Assembly: GCA_027923505.1 (NCBI GenBank)
Contig: BROI01000017.1
Location: 124,001 to 188,000 of the forward strand
Reading direction: 5' to 3'
Length of the DNA: 64,000 nucleotides
Origin: Mayamaea pseudoterrestris
Lineage: Eukaryota
In this document: in pieces, positions 47,251 through 56,796 of the stretch
How the letters are laid out: every line of letters begins with the position of its first letter
Numbering within the stretch: position 1 is the first letter of the stretch
Position numbers and translations under genes: made by a program
Notes under the pieces: generated by a model
What the model was told of the DNA's origin: nothing
Database searches by the model: none
The model's input: only the letters and a program-made list of their open reading frames with translations

Positions 47251-48903
47251 ATGAAACCAACCGACTCGTCCCGACTTCAGCGGGCCTTTGCGGTTCTTGC
47301 GATCCTTGCGATTGCAGTGCAATGCACCTTTCGCAACACGTATCTGCTTCACCTCTTTGACTCGACCATTATCGACTCGTTTCAGGACCAGGAGAACCAT
47401 TGGCGTTCCAACGTTTATTTGCAGGGCAACTATGCACCAGTGTCGGAGGAGCACGTACATGTACCGGTCGAAGGGAGTTTACCGTCTGATTTGAATGGCT
47501 TGTTCCTTCGAAATGGACCAAACAACGGGTTTGCGACGACGAAGAAACGCTACCATTGGTTTGATGGCGATGGAATGATTCACAGTCTTCGCATTGTCGA
47601 TGGCAAGGCCTACTACAATAACCAATTTATACCGACTCCAAGATACAAGACGGAGCAGAGCTATGGAGAGGAACTTTTCATGCGACTGGGCGAAATCACA
47701 GGAATGACTGGTTTGTTCAAGCTTTTGTTTGTATCGCCAAACATGCTGCGAAACAATGGACTTACAGATCTGACTGCGGGCCAAGCGAATACGCACACAC
47801 TCATGTACAATGACAAGTTTTACGCCTGCTACGAGTCTTCGCTTCCATTCGAGTTAATCCTGGACGACAAGGGAGCTGTCCAGGCTGCGGTGGGGTACGA
47901 CACGTTTGGTGGAACACTCAACTATCCGGTTTCAGCACATGCCAAGATTGACCCTGTGACAAACAGTCTCTTGTTTCACTCGTATAGCGGTGATGCGGAG
48001 ATGGTTAAGCGCGATGGACCGATCAAGGTGGGCGAGTACCATGGGCCTTCTGACACATTTGGAGTGTACCAAGGCATTTCCTTGAACCATTTTCCATTTG
48101 CGCATGATATGGCCTTCACTAAGAACTATTTGATTGTCTACGATGGATCTGTACATTTTCAGAAGGAAAAATTGATGGAATTTGGAGCTTCCATATTTGG
48201 CTGGAACTCTAGCCATACCATGAAGATTGGTTTAATGTCGCGAAGCGACGGACACTTGGACTGGTTTGAAACTAACAAGGCCATGTCCATTGTTCATACC
48301 TTGACTGCTTGGGAGGAAGAAGATGGTACCGTTGTCATGTGGGCGCCCGCTAGCGACAAGGTTGACCTTGGTTTGGAAGACCACAATAACGAATTTTTCA
48401 TGACAGAGTTTCGAATGCGTCCTGGCACTGCCGAAGCAACCATGGTTGTCGCTTCAGCGGAGCACAATGTCGAGTTTCCACGCGTCCGCGACGAGTGTTT
48501 GGGCAAGCCCTGTCGATTTGGATATGCTGGATGGATGACTAAAACGACTGGTGCCGGACAGTTCCAGGGATGGGCGCAGTTTGATTTGCAGGCGAAGAAG
48601 GTGAATCAAGTGGTGCACTTTGGCGAGGGCGAGAATGGAGGCGAACCTGTAGTAATTCCCAAGCCCGGTAGCACTGAATCAAATCAAGTTTATATCGGAA
48701 CCTTTATTCACAACGATTCCGAGAACGCCGACTACTTTGTGCTGTACGATGGCGAGACTACGGAACTGGTCACTCGCATCAAGATGCCTTACCGAATTCC
48801 ATTCGGCTTTCATGGTCAGTGGGTGAATGGCGAGTCGCTTGACGCACATGTTGCGTACCATGAAGCGAACAATAGCACCAAGAATGCAACTGCGGTCATG
48901 TGA
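47251..48903 (+). CDS. Carotenoid cleavage oxygenase (RPE65/CCD family) with an N-terminal signal or anchor
   Basis: GNYAPV, FLRNGPN, HWFDGDGMIH, SAHAKIDP, FAHDMAFT, IVHTLTAWEE, EFPRV, GEPVVIP, IPFGFHG; four Fe-binding His positions are present. Confidence 0.93.
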   Translation: MKPTDSSRLQRAFAVLAILAIAVQCTFRNTYLLHLFDSTIIDSFQDQENHWRSNVYLQGNYAPVSEEHVHVPVEGSLPSDLNGLFLRNGPNNGFATTKKRYHWFDGDGMIHSLRIVDGKAYYNNQFIPTPRYKTEQSYGEELFMRLGEITGMTGLFKLLFVSPNMLRNNGLTDLTAGQANTHTLMYNDKFYACYESSLPFELILDDKGAVQAAVGYDTFGGTLNYPVSAHAKIDPVTNSLLFHSYSGDAEMVKRDGPIKVGEYHGPSDTFGVYQGISLNHFPFAHDMAFTKNYLIVYDGSVHFQKEKLMEFGASIFGWNSSHTMKIGLMSRSDGHLDWFETNKAMSIVHTLTAWEEEDGTVVMWAPASDKVDLGLEDHNNEFFMTEFRMRPGTAEATMVVASAEHNVEFPRVRDECLGKPCRFGYAGWMTKTTGAGQFQGWAQFDLQAKKVNQVVHFGEGENGGEPVVIPKPGSTESNQVYIGTFIHNDSENADYFVLYDGETTELVTRIKMPYRIPFGFHGQWVNGESLDAHVAYHEANNSTKNATAVM

Positions 48904-49108
48904 AGCTCGTATTGTTAATAGTCTGGGCGAGATTGTTGCGCTGTGAAGTTGCTTGTATATAGTAACGTGGCTTACAAAATAAAGTATCTAATTTATAGAA
49001 GTAACGAAAAAAGTAGCAATTTTGAACGCTACAAAAACTATTAACATAGGTAAGAATCTCTTAATTGCGAGTGCAGAGGCATCGTAAGGTAACCGAGTCT
49101 CGTTCGTG

Positions 49109-49628
49109 TTATTCAACATAGTGCACTTGCTCCTTGGTCTCTTCCCAATCGCTCGACAAGCTCTGGAGCTTGAGAGCTAGCTGATCGACTTTGATCGAAT
49201 GATGCCATTCTTCCTCCGTCGCATCTGCTCCTTCCTCGGCAACTTTATCAGCTTCTGCATCAGCTTCCGGAGGAAGTTGTCGTATCTGTTTCTCGATGGG
49301 AATTTCATGTATTGTATCAAGAGCGCATGCTGTTCCCAATCCGCCATGTAACGGACCGGCATCTTGTGCTTTGATTCCAGAGTCAATCGTGTCCGTACTT
49401 GCCGCAGAGGATTTACAATTACAACCTTCACACTTGTTAGACTGGTGAAACCAGAAACGAATAGTGATAAGGAAAGATAAGCATTTCTCTTACTTAACGA
49501 ACGCCGCCCTCCTCTCGCGAAAGCTGAAATGAAAAAAATATGAGCGACCATCTTCGTACCTTTTCGCCTTCATTTGCGACGGAGTAATTCTTGTCGACGG
49601 GAACAGCTTTACTTGCTTGACAACCCAT
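49109..49628 (-). CDS. Hypothetical 133-aa protein with an N-terminal MGC acylation motif; exons 49628-49560 and 49441-49109
   Basis: MGCQASKAVPVDKNYSVANEGEK joins in phase 0 across a GTACGA...CACCAG intron to SNKCEGCNCK...EQVHYVE*. Exon lengths are 69 and 333 nt. Confidence 0.65.
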
Positions 49629-49878
49629 CGTTTCAGTATTAGTTGGCTACAACTGCTCGCACTGGTCCTGGCGGTTGCAAACAGTGCGATGCACATCGCG
49701 TCGCTCGTTCCACCGTCATCTTCTTCATCCGTCGGTCACACTCGACGTCATCAATTGTCGCACCGGTTAAATTGCGACATGGCTCAGAACCCAAGATCCG
49801 CTGAATGCGGCGGCACAATGGAGATTGTAAATCGCCGGTCTGCCGTTGTCTGCTTCCCTTTACATTCACATATCAATC

Positions 49879-50472
49879 ATGGCATCCATTAGTCGCTTTG
49901 CGGAAAAGGCCTTTAGCGCTTCCTACTACAAGACGCAGTGGCAAAACATTTTGACGCGCTCGTACGATTACTACCACCCGCTCTTTCGTCAGGGAAGGTA
50001 CGCCGACTGCTCGCTTGCCTGTCACTATGTCTGACGATCACTGCGGCTGTATTTCACAAAAGTACTTGATGCAATTTGAAATTGATATGATAAATTGTTG
50101 CCTCAGGATTTCGGTCCTTGCGAAATGGTTTTCATAGAGGCGCTAGTCAGCGAACGAATTGGAAGTCGACTCACCCTCGATGTTTCTCTTAATTTCACAC
50201 AGCGCCACGCCACTTTGGCACATGATGATGGCCGTATCGGCAATCATGTACACGACGAGCTACCTGTCTCGCGATCGTAAGTTCATTGGAATATGAGATT
50301 TGGCGATATTTCTGCGTGATTAGCGCGTGTGTTGAACATGATACATGATGCTGACTGCTACGTACCTTTCTCGTTGTAATATACAGTCAGGGCAATGCAG
50401 CACAAGCATGAAGTTGAAAAGAAAGTCCTTCATGATTACTATGAACAGCATGGAGGCGCTCCCCATCATTAA
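49879..50472 (+). CDS. Probable mitochondrial ATP synthase subunit f (ATP17-like), 92 aa; exons 49879-49997, 50203-50276 and 50387-50472
   Basis: Two canonical introns give MASISRF...YHPLFRQGSATPLWHMMMAVSAIMYTTSYLSRDLRAMQHKHE...QHGGAPHH*. The S..PLWH motif, one TM helix and His-rich tail resemble fungal and plant subunit f. Confidence 0.65.
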
Positions 50473-51147
50473 ATGGGTGCGTCGTGAGCACAGCAAGCAG
50501 CAAGCAAGCGAAGGTCGTTGCTGTTTCGCTTAGAAGGTAGGTAACAAACTGATAAGGTCTGGAACTACTTCTATAGCTCTATTATTATCATTACGCAAAA
50601 GAAGACGTCGATATATAAACGATCTTTTATCATCATGACATAGCCTGCGCTTAATCACATCCGAGCATGTCCGGGTTTACCAAGTGCTATTCCCACACAT
50701 TTTAGTCCAATAGCAAAACTAAATATCGGGCTGCTTCCTTTTCCGACACACGGTTACTGTTCATACAACCTGCCCGTCTGTCGTCGCACTAGAGCCACAT
50801 AGCAAGGACATCAAGGCAGTCCGTTGAAGACACAAAACGGATGATGTTTGATGGTGTCTTAACGGTACTAAACAGCCGGTGCGACACATTCACGACCGAA
50901 AAACTTCCGACTGCTTTTTCATTTATTACCTCGACCAGGTTTCACGTTTCGTGGCAATATCAAGGCTCACCTCTAAGCTAAGCGTTGCAACAACTCTCGG
51001 CTGTTTTAGCTAAAAAAATCTACGGACTTGCTCCGTGTTCTGAGCAAAAGAGGTGGATTTGAAGTTGCTGGTTGCGAAGTTCTTGTTCACGTTTCGCGTT
51101 GGCATTTTGCACTTTTGCACCTACGACTGCCAAGAGAACTTTTTCGC

Positions 51148-54100
51148 ATGGCACGAAGAACCAAAAAAATTCAATCCATGATATTGACAGTTCTAGTTGC
51201 TTCCCGTCGAAACGTTCGAGCGTTTCGGGCATCTTCCTCTTTACTTGTTCGACCGATTGTCAGAGACCATCGTTGGCAGCATGCTCTTGCTTCTTCGGCA
51301 CTGACAAGAAGCAAATTATTGCGCACTAAAACATTCTCATCTTTGGCTGTCTCTGATCTATCTGTTGTCGATGACATTGAAGGAGTAGCTCCGCCTCTTT
51401 TCCAAGTTCATTCCAAATTTGAACCAACTGGCGATCAACCATATGCCATTGAACAGCTTTCGCAGCAACTGCAGGACGGCCAGAAATTCAACGTACTAAA
51501 GGGCGCCACAGGTACTGGCAAGACGTTTGTCATGTCCCACATTATTGCCCGGCACGGCAAACCAACCCTCGTGTTGGTGCACAATAAAACGTTGGCCGCT
51601 CAATTGGCGCGCGAGCTTCGATCGTTCTTTCCCACTCACGCCGTGGAACTCTTCATTAGTGCCTTTAAAACGTATCGACCAGAGTTTTACAAGGAAACAA
51701 CCGGAACGTATTGCGCCAAGAAGAGTACGACGGACGCTGACATTGAGGCCTTGAGACACATTGCCACGCGATCGCTCGTGACGCGCAAGGATGTGGTAGT
51801 CGTGGCCAGTGTTAGTTGCATTTTTGGATTGGGCTTGCCGAGTGATTATTTGGAAGCTAGTACGCATTTGAAAGTCAATCAAGTGCTCGATCATGAATTT
51901 ATTGACGATTTGGAACGAATGTTATATCAAGACGTCAAGGACGAACACGACAAATTTGCCCGAGGGTCGTATGAATGGCGTGAAACGATGGACGACAGCG
52001 GGCGGAAAGAGTTTATATACACATGTTGGCCTCCCCAGGAAGGGTTTCCCATGCGTGTCGAGCTGCAGCAAGTTGGGGCAAAGACGTTCAAAGTGACGGC
52101 TTTGTACCAGGGTGACAATTCTGGAATGGAACCTGTGCGCGAATTAACGATATTTCCAGCACGACACTACGTCGTTCCTGACCACAAGCTGCAGGAAGCA
52201 ATGTCGAGAATCGAAGAGGAACTGCGGGAGCGAGTTGACGAGCTCATGTTGGATGAGAAGGTGGATCAGAGAGAGACGGCAGCGAGGTTACAGAAACGGA
52301 CTTGGAATGATCTCATGATGATGCAGGAGCGAGGCTTTTGCAAGGGCATGGAAAATTATAGCCGTCATTTAGCAGGACGCGCAGCAGGTGAGCCACCGGG
52401 AACCTTGATGGACTACATGGGAAAGGAGTGGCTGTTGATTGTTGATGAAAGTCACGTCACAGTGCCGCAGCTTCAAACCATGTATCGAGGGGATCAGTCG
52501 CGAAAGGATGCATTAATCAAACATGGATACCGACTCCCGTCGGCACGCGACAATCGACCATTAACCGACCGAGAGTTTTGGAGCGGCGTGAATCAAACAA
52601 TATTCGTGTCAGCAACTCCATCGAAACGCGAATTATTGTTGTCGGAGACACCACCAGTGGAAATGCAGATTCGACCAACCTACGTTCGCGACCCGGCAAT
52701 TCACGTTCGGAGCCCTGAAGGCCAGCTCGATGATTTGCTGAACGAAATTAGGTCACGTGCATTGGTCAATGAACGCACGCTTGCGATGGTACTCACCAAA
52801 AAGGATGCCGAAGATTTGGCATCGTACTTGGAAGAGAACGACGTGAAAACGACTTACATTCATTCAGGGCTTGGTACACAGGAGCGGTCGTCGGCCTTGA
52901 AAGCTTTGCAGACAGGTGAGATCGACTGTCTTGTCGGAGTCAATTTGCTCCGCGAAGGACTCGACATTCCACAATGCTCGTTGGTGGCCGTTTTCAACGC
53001 TGATGCCGACGGAATGTTTCGCAGTCAGACATCACTTTTGCAGATTATTGGACGAGCTGCTCGAAATACCAGTGGCACAGCAATTTTTTACGCCAAGAGG
53101 GTGACCGAGAATATGCGCAAATGCATTGAAGAGACAGCCACAAGGCGTGCTCGTCAACTGGCGTACGTCGAGGCGAATGATGTGCAGATGGTTTCTTCGG
53201 TCGGATCATCTATTCAGTCGCCTTTTGATCTCCTCCGCGACAAGATTGATGAAGAACTTGCCTCCGGTGACCAGACTATTGCAGGATCACGCACACTACT
53301 TGGTTCGGGCAGCCCGAGTGGGCCTAACTTATCTGAAAAACACACTGCGATATCAGTCAGTGACAAGTCGAACTTGGAGACGGACCACATCCCAAATTTC
53401 CCAGGTATTTATTACTGGAAAGATCCTGGTGGCCAAATCTTATACATTGGAAAGGCCAAGAGCCTGCGGAGCCGCATCTTGTCGTACCTTACCTCAAGCG
53501 CAAATCGCAGTCACAGAATAAATACAATGTTAGGAAAAGCAAGTTCGATTGAATTTGAAATTACCCCCTCGGAGCGAGACGCACTTGTCCTTGAATCGAA
53601 GCTTATTAAACACCACCAGCCGCCATACAACGTACTGCTGAAAGACGACCATCATTATCCCTACATTTGCGCGAGAGTCGGTGATAAACTACCAGCTTTT
53701 ACGGCAGCGTCGTACAAGCAAGAAACTAACCAATCTCGTCGACACTATCGATATTTTGGACCATACACCAGCTATCAGGAAATTAACAGTATTCTGCAGG
53801 CTATTGAAGAGAAGTATGATTTGCGAGCACACTCCTTTTTAGCACGCCATGGCGGGGGATCACAAGATGAGTACAATGCCTTGTTTCAGCGAGCCTTACA
53901 AGAAATATTTGTTGACGGTTTGGACGAAGACCTTCAGCAGAGGCGGTCAGAGTATGAAGAAGCTAGCCACTTATTTGAGTCGCCTTTAAATACCTGCAGA
54001 GATGTAGTCGTGGCAGTGCCCCTTGGCGACGACGATCAATCCGCCGTGGTCCAAGTTGTGCAGCTTCGAAAGGGAATGGTGGCGCGACGCTTCTCGTATA

Positions 54101-55065
54101 CCTGTCAACTGCCATCTGGATTCGTCTCGCACGAGGACTTTGGAGACGTCATACACGATGTATTAGAGAAACTACACTATCGTTCAGGACAAGAGTCACC
54201 TGAAGGTTTCTCTTTCTTTCCGGATGAAATACTGCTATCCCACTCGCTAGCCGACATGGCAGCCCTACAATCTGCAATCGACATGGCTCGAAAAGATTTG
54301 GAGCCGTTGCGTAAGAAGCGTGTCGTCATCAAGACGCCCGCATCACGTGGCGAGCGAAAGGTCATCGATGCGCGAGCAATTGAATTTGCCATGAGTAATG
54401 CCCAGCAATCCGCACGCGATGTCCAACGAAAGTTAAAGGGAGGAGTGGCAGACTTTACTTTAGACAAATCTGCCGAAGAGCTTGCGACAATGCTCTCTCT
54501 CGAGGACATCCCTAGAGTAATCGAGTGCTACGATGTAAGCCACACGCAAGGGGATTTTCCTGTTGCAAGCCGGGTTGTTTTTGTAGATGGGAAACCGGCA
54601 CCACAGTATTACAGAACCTTTAACATAAGATCCGTCGTGGGTGTTGACGATTATGCGAGCATACAGGAGGCTGTATACCGACGCTTTCGACGATTCTGGA
54701 CATGCGCCGGTAACGATGAAAAGGTTGATGCGTCATGGGACGTGCCAGATCTTATCATAATCGATGGTGGTGTTGGGCAGCTATCGGCTGCTATAAAGGG
54801 AATGGCGCAGGCAAACGTTTTACCAGGGAATGCGACGCATGTTCAATTTGCAACGAGCGCCGCTCCACACTATGCGACGGTGCCTATTGCCGCTTTGGCG
54901 AAGGAGCATGAACAGCTCTACGTTCCGGGAGAAAAATTGTTTGTGAATCAGTCACCCGACTCTCCTGCCATGCTACTGCTCCGAAGTTTACGCGATGAAA
55001 GCCATCGTTTTGCATTGAAAGGACATCGCAGGAGACGTTCCATAACGAAAGCGTATCGCTTGTAA
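51148..55065 (+). CDS. UvrB-UvrC fusion protein (SF2 helicase + GIY-YIG nuclease + RNase H-like nuclease) with a putative organelle presequence
   Basis: One intron-free frame. UvrB (about 51400-53185): FEPTGDQP, GATGTGKT, HNKTLAAQL, VASVSCIFGLG, GMENYSRHL, IVDESH, RLPSARDNRPL, VSATP, GVNLLREGLDIP, QIIGRAARN. UvrC (about 53389-55065): PGIYYWK..LYIGKAKSLRSR, ALVLESKLIK..PPYN, YFGPY, IECYDVSH, DDYA, IIIDGGVGQL, RDESHRFA. The first ATGs are at 51148 and 51178; the ORF-track start at 51028 is not an ATG. Confidence 0.95.
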   Translation: MARRTKKIQSMILTVLVASRRNVRAFRASSSLLVRPIVRDHRWQHALASSALTRSKLLRTKTFSSLAVSDLSVVDDIEGVAPPLFQVHSKFEPTGDQPYAIEQLSQQLQDGQKFNVLKGATGTGKTFVMSHIIARHGKPTLVLVHNKTLAAQLARELRSFFPTHAVELFISAFKTYRPEFYKETTGTYCAKKSTTDADIEALRHIATRSLVTRKDVVVVASVSCIFGLGLPSDYLEASTHLKVNQVLDHEFIDDLERMLYQDVKDEHDKFARGSYEWRETMDDSGRKEFIYTCWPPQEGFPMRVELQQVGAKTFKVTALYQGDNSGMEPVRELTIFPARHYVVPDHKLQEAMSRIEEELRERVDELMLDEKVDQRETAARLQKRTWNDLMMMQERGFCKGMENYSRHLAGRAAGEPPGTLMDYMGKEWLLIVDESHVTVPQLQTMYRGDQSRKDALIKHGYRLPSARDNRPLTDREFWSGVNQTIFVSATPSKRELLLSETPPVEMQIRPTYVRDPAIHVRSPEGQLDDLLNEIRSRALVNERTLAMVLTKKDAEDLASYLEENDVKTTYIHSGLGTQERSSALKALQTGEIDCLVGVNLLREGLDIPQCSLVAVFNADADGMFRSQTSLLQIIGRAARNTSGTAIFYAKRVTENMRKCIEETATRRARQLAYVEANDVQMVSSVGSSIQSPFDLLRDKIDEELASGDQTIAGSRTLLGSGSPSGPNLSEKHTAISVSDKSNLETDHIPNFPGIYYWKDPGGQILYIGKAKSLRSRILSYLTSSANRSHRINTMLGKASSIEFEITPSERDALVLESKLIKHHQPPYNVLLKDDHHYPYICARVGDKLPAFTAASYKQETNQSRRHYRYFGPYTSYQEINSILQAIEEKYDLRAHSFLARHGGGSQDEYNALFQRALQEIFVDGLDEDLQQRRSEYEEASHLFESPLNTCRDVVVAVPLGDDDQSAVVQVVQLRKGMVARRFSYTCQLPSGFVSHEDFGDVIHDVLEKLHYRSGQESPEGFSFFPDEILLSHSLADMAALQSAIDMARKDLEPLRKKRVVIKTPASRGERKVIDARAIEFAMSNAQQSARDVQRKLKGGVADFTLDKSAEELATMLSLEDIPRVIECYDVSHTQGDFPVASRVVFVDGKPAPQYYRTFNIRSVVGVDDYASIQEAVYRRFRRFWTCAGNDEKVDASWDVPDLIIIDGGVGQLSAAIKGMAQANVLPGNATHVQFATSAAPHYATVPIAALAKEHEQLYVPGEKLFVNQSPDSPAMLLLRSLRDESHRFALKGHRRRRSITKAYRL

Positions 55066-55227
55066 AATAATCATATAGAAAATAGATAGAGATATATACA
55101 TTGTATGGCAATTATTGCAGTATATCACTAGCATGATATTCACCGATGTTCGTCACCGATCCATGTCGGATCCAGCAATGCCAATAATCGCGGCCACGGG
55201 TTGAACATATCATCCAACGATGGTATC

Positions 55228-56796
55228 TCAGCACAGCATCCATAGTGCAAACAAAAGGGACGCCAAACCTGTCATGGGAGCAAATCTTCGTGAACTATTT
55301 GATCGATCCAACACTGATGCAGTCGGCGCAGATGTGGACGACGTTGCTGATTCCTTTTGAGTCGGTGAAATGGTTGCGCCCGCCCCGCAATCAATGACAC
55401 ACTCTGTTGTATCTTGAAACGAGCAGGAGACGAACGATTCGACGTCCGATTGACAAGTTCCACAAGAGCAGGTATCAATGCCGGAGCATACAGCATCGCT
55501 GAGCTCCTTGCAATCGACGAACGAGGACGGAAAGGATGCAGCGACGCATGCGTCGCATGAGCTAGCTTCATCGAGACTCAGATCTGAATCAAAGCATTTT
55601 CGCAGATTCTCGCGAGCGTCGTCACAGGTCTTGGTGTCGGTGACTGGTTGTTGCGTGGGCGCTCCAATCTCGTTGGCGCAATCCAAGTGACAGCTATTTG
55701 TACTGACAAAGGCGCAGTTTAGCAAGTCTTCAACGGCCTGACCGCACGGTTCGCAGCCGCAAGTAGAAAGAGCAGGACAAAGGTCGGTTTGAAACACGGA
55801 ACAATCCGTTTCCTGTGGACCAGGAATGGTACCTGCAATGCAGGCATCGCAAGAAAGTGAATCACTGGAATGTAGATTGTCAGAGTAACACTTTTGTAAA
55901 GCTGCTTGCACACTGTCACAGTCTGTGATTGTTGAAGGGGACGACGTCGCAGTGCTCGGTGCGTCTACAGAATTGGTTGGCTGGGGCGAGTGCGAGGAAG
56001 TTGTCGTACTCGGAGCATCCGTCACCGTCGAAGTAGTTGGGGCACCGGTTTTAAACAAGTCACATGCCAATGTACATCCAATGGACTCCTCAAAGGCGCA
56101 ATTGAGTATTGTCTGTACATTCGTTCGACAAGGACCGCATGGACACTCAGTAATGGCTGTGCAGACGCTGGACTCAACGTCGTTGCAGGAAGCACTGGGC
56201 GAGGGAATGGCGTCGGCGACGCAGGCATTGCAGGTCTCCGCTTGCGTCTCATTCAAGTTAGCAGCAAAGCAGGTTTGTAAGTCATCTTGAGCATTGTTAC
56301 ATTGCGTGTTTGTCATGTTTTCAGGACCAGATGCAGTGATTGTGGGAGCAGCCGTTGTCATGAAGGCGACGGAGGGTGTCATGGTTGCGAATTCGCAGCT
56401 GATGCCGCATCCAAAAATCTCCTGCATGCCGCAGTCCATGAGCGCTTCCAGTGAACTTTTGCAGGCATCTCCGCACTTGCAGTCAGAGTCAATAGCCGTG
56501 CATACGTTGGAGCTGAGAGAATCACAACTCTCCGTTGGGGCGACGAGGATTGCTCGCGCCATGCAAAAGTTGCAGACCCCCAGCTCGTCACTGGACAGCT
56601 CATTAGAGGCGCATGACTCAAACGCGAGTTGCAAGTCGTCGCAGTCAGTATTTGGTAAAAGACTTGTCGAGTTTTGGGCGGCAACTGGTTGAATGAATGC
56701 TGCTACTAGGAGCATGAGGCAAGGACCGAGCAACCGCACTGGTGCGTGTGGCTGCACCGCTCGTACGGCGCCATTGTTTGCTCGCTCCCGCCGCAT
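55228..56796 (-). CDS. Secreted or cell-surface protein with four 12-Cys repeat domains and a possible GPI signal
   Basis: Signal peptide (...LLVAAFIQPVAA|Q), four repeats of about 82 aa, T/S/P-rich linkers and a hydrophobic C-terminus. Confidence 0.8.
   Translation of the reverse strand: MRRERANNGAVRAVQPHAPVRLLGPCLMLLVAAFIQPVAAQNSTSLLPNTDCDDLQLAFESCASNELSSDELGVCNFCMARAILVAPTESCDSLSSNVCTAIDSDCKCGDACKSSLEALMDCGMQEIFGCGISCEFATMTPSVAFMTTAAPTITASGPENMTNTQCNNAQDDLQTCFAANLNETQAETCNACVADAIPSPSASCNDVESSVCTAITECPCGPCRTNVQTILNCAFEESIGCTLACDLFKTGAPTTSTVTDAPSTTTSSHSPQPTNSVDAPSTATSSPSTITDCDSVQAALQKCYSDNLHSSDSLSCDACIAGTIPGPQETDCSVFQTDLCPALSTCGCEPCGQAVEDLLNCAFVSTNSCHLDCANEIGAPTQQPVTDTKTCDDARENLRKCFDSDLSLDEASSCDACVAASFPSSFVDCKELSDAVCSGIDTCSCGTCQSDVESFVSCSFQDTTECVIDCGAGATISPTQKESATSSTSAPTASVLDRSNSSRRFAPMTGLASLLFALWMLC

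Noticed and set aside
34523..48903. Plastid antioxidant/isoprenoid gene cluster (PrxQ, VTE4, carotenoid oxygenase)
   Set aside because: The genes are separated by unrelated ones (kinesin, JmjC, CoA kinase); there is no evidence beyond chance proximity.
51028..55065. Bacterial contamination or a recent HGT island to explain uvrBC
   Set aside because: The gene sits among intron-containing eukaryotic genes, has an N-terminal extension, and has no operon neighbours or obvious compositional break. Ancient bacterial origin remains likely.
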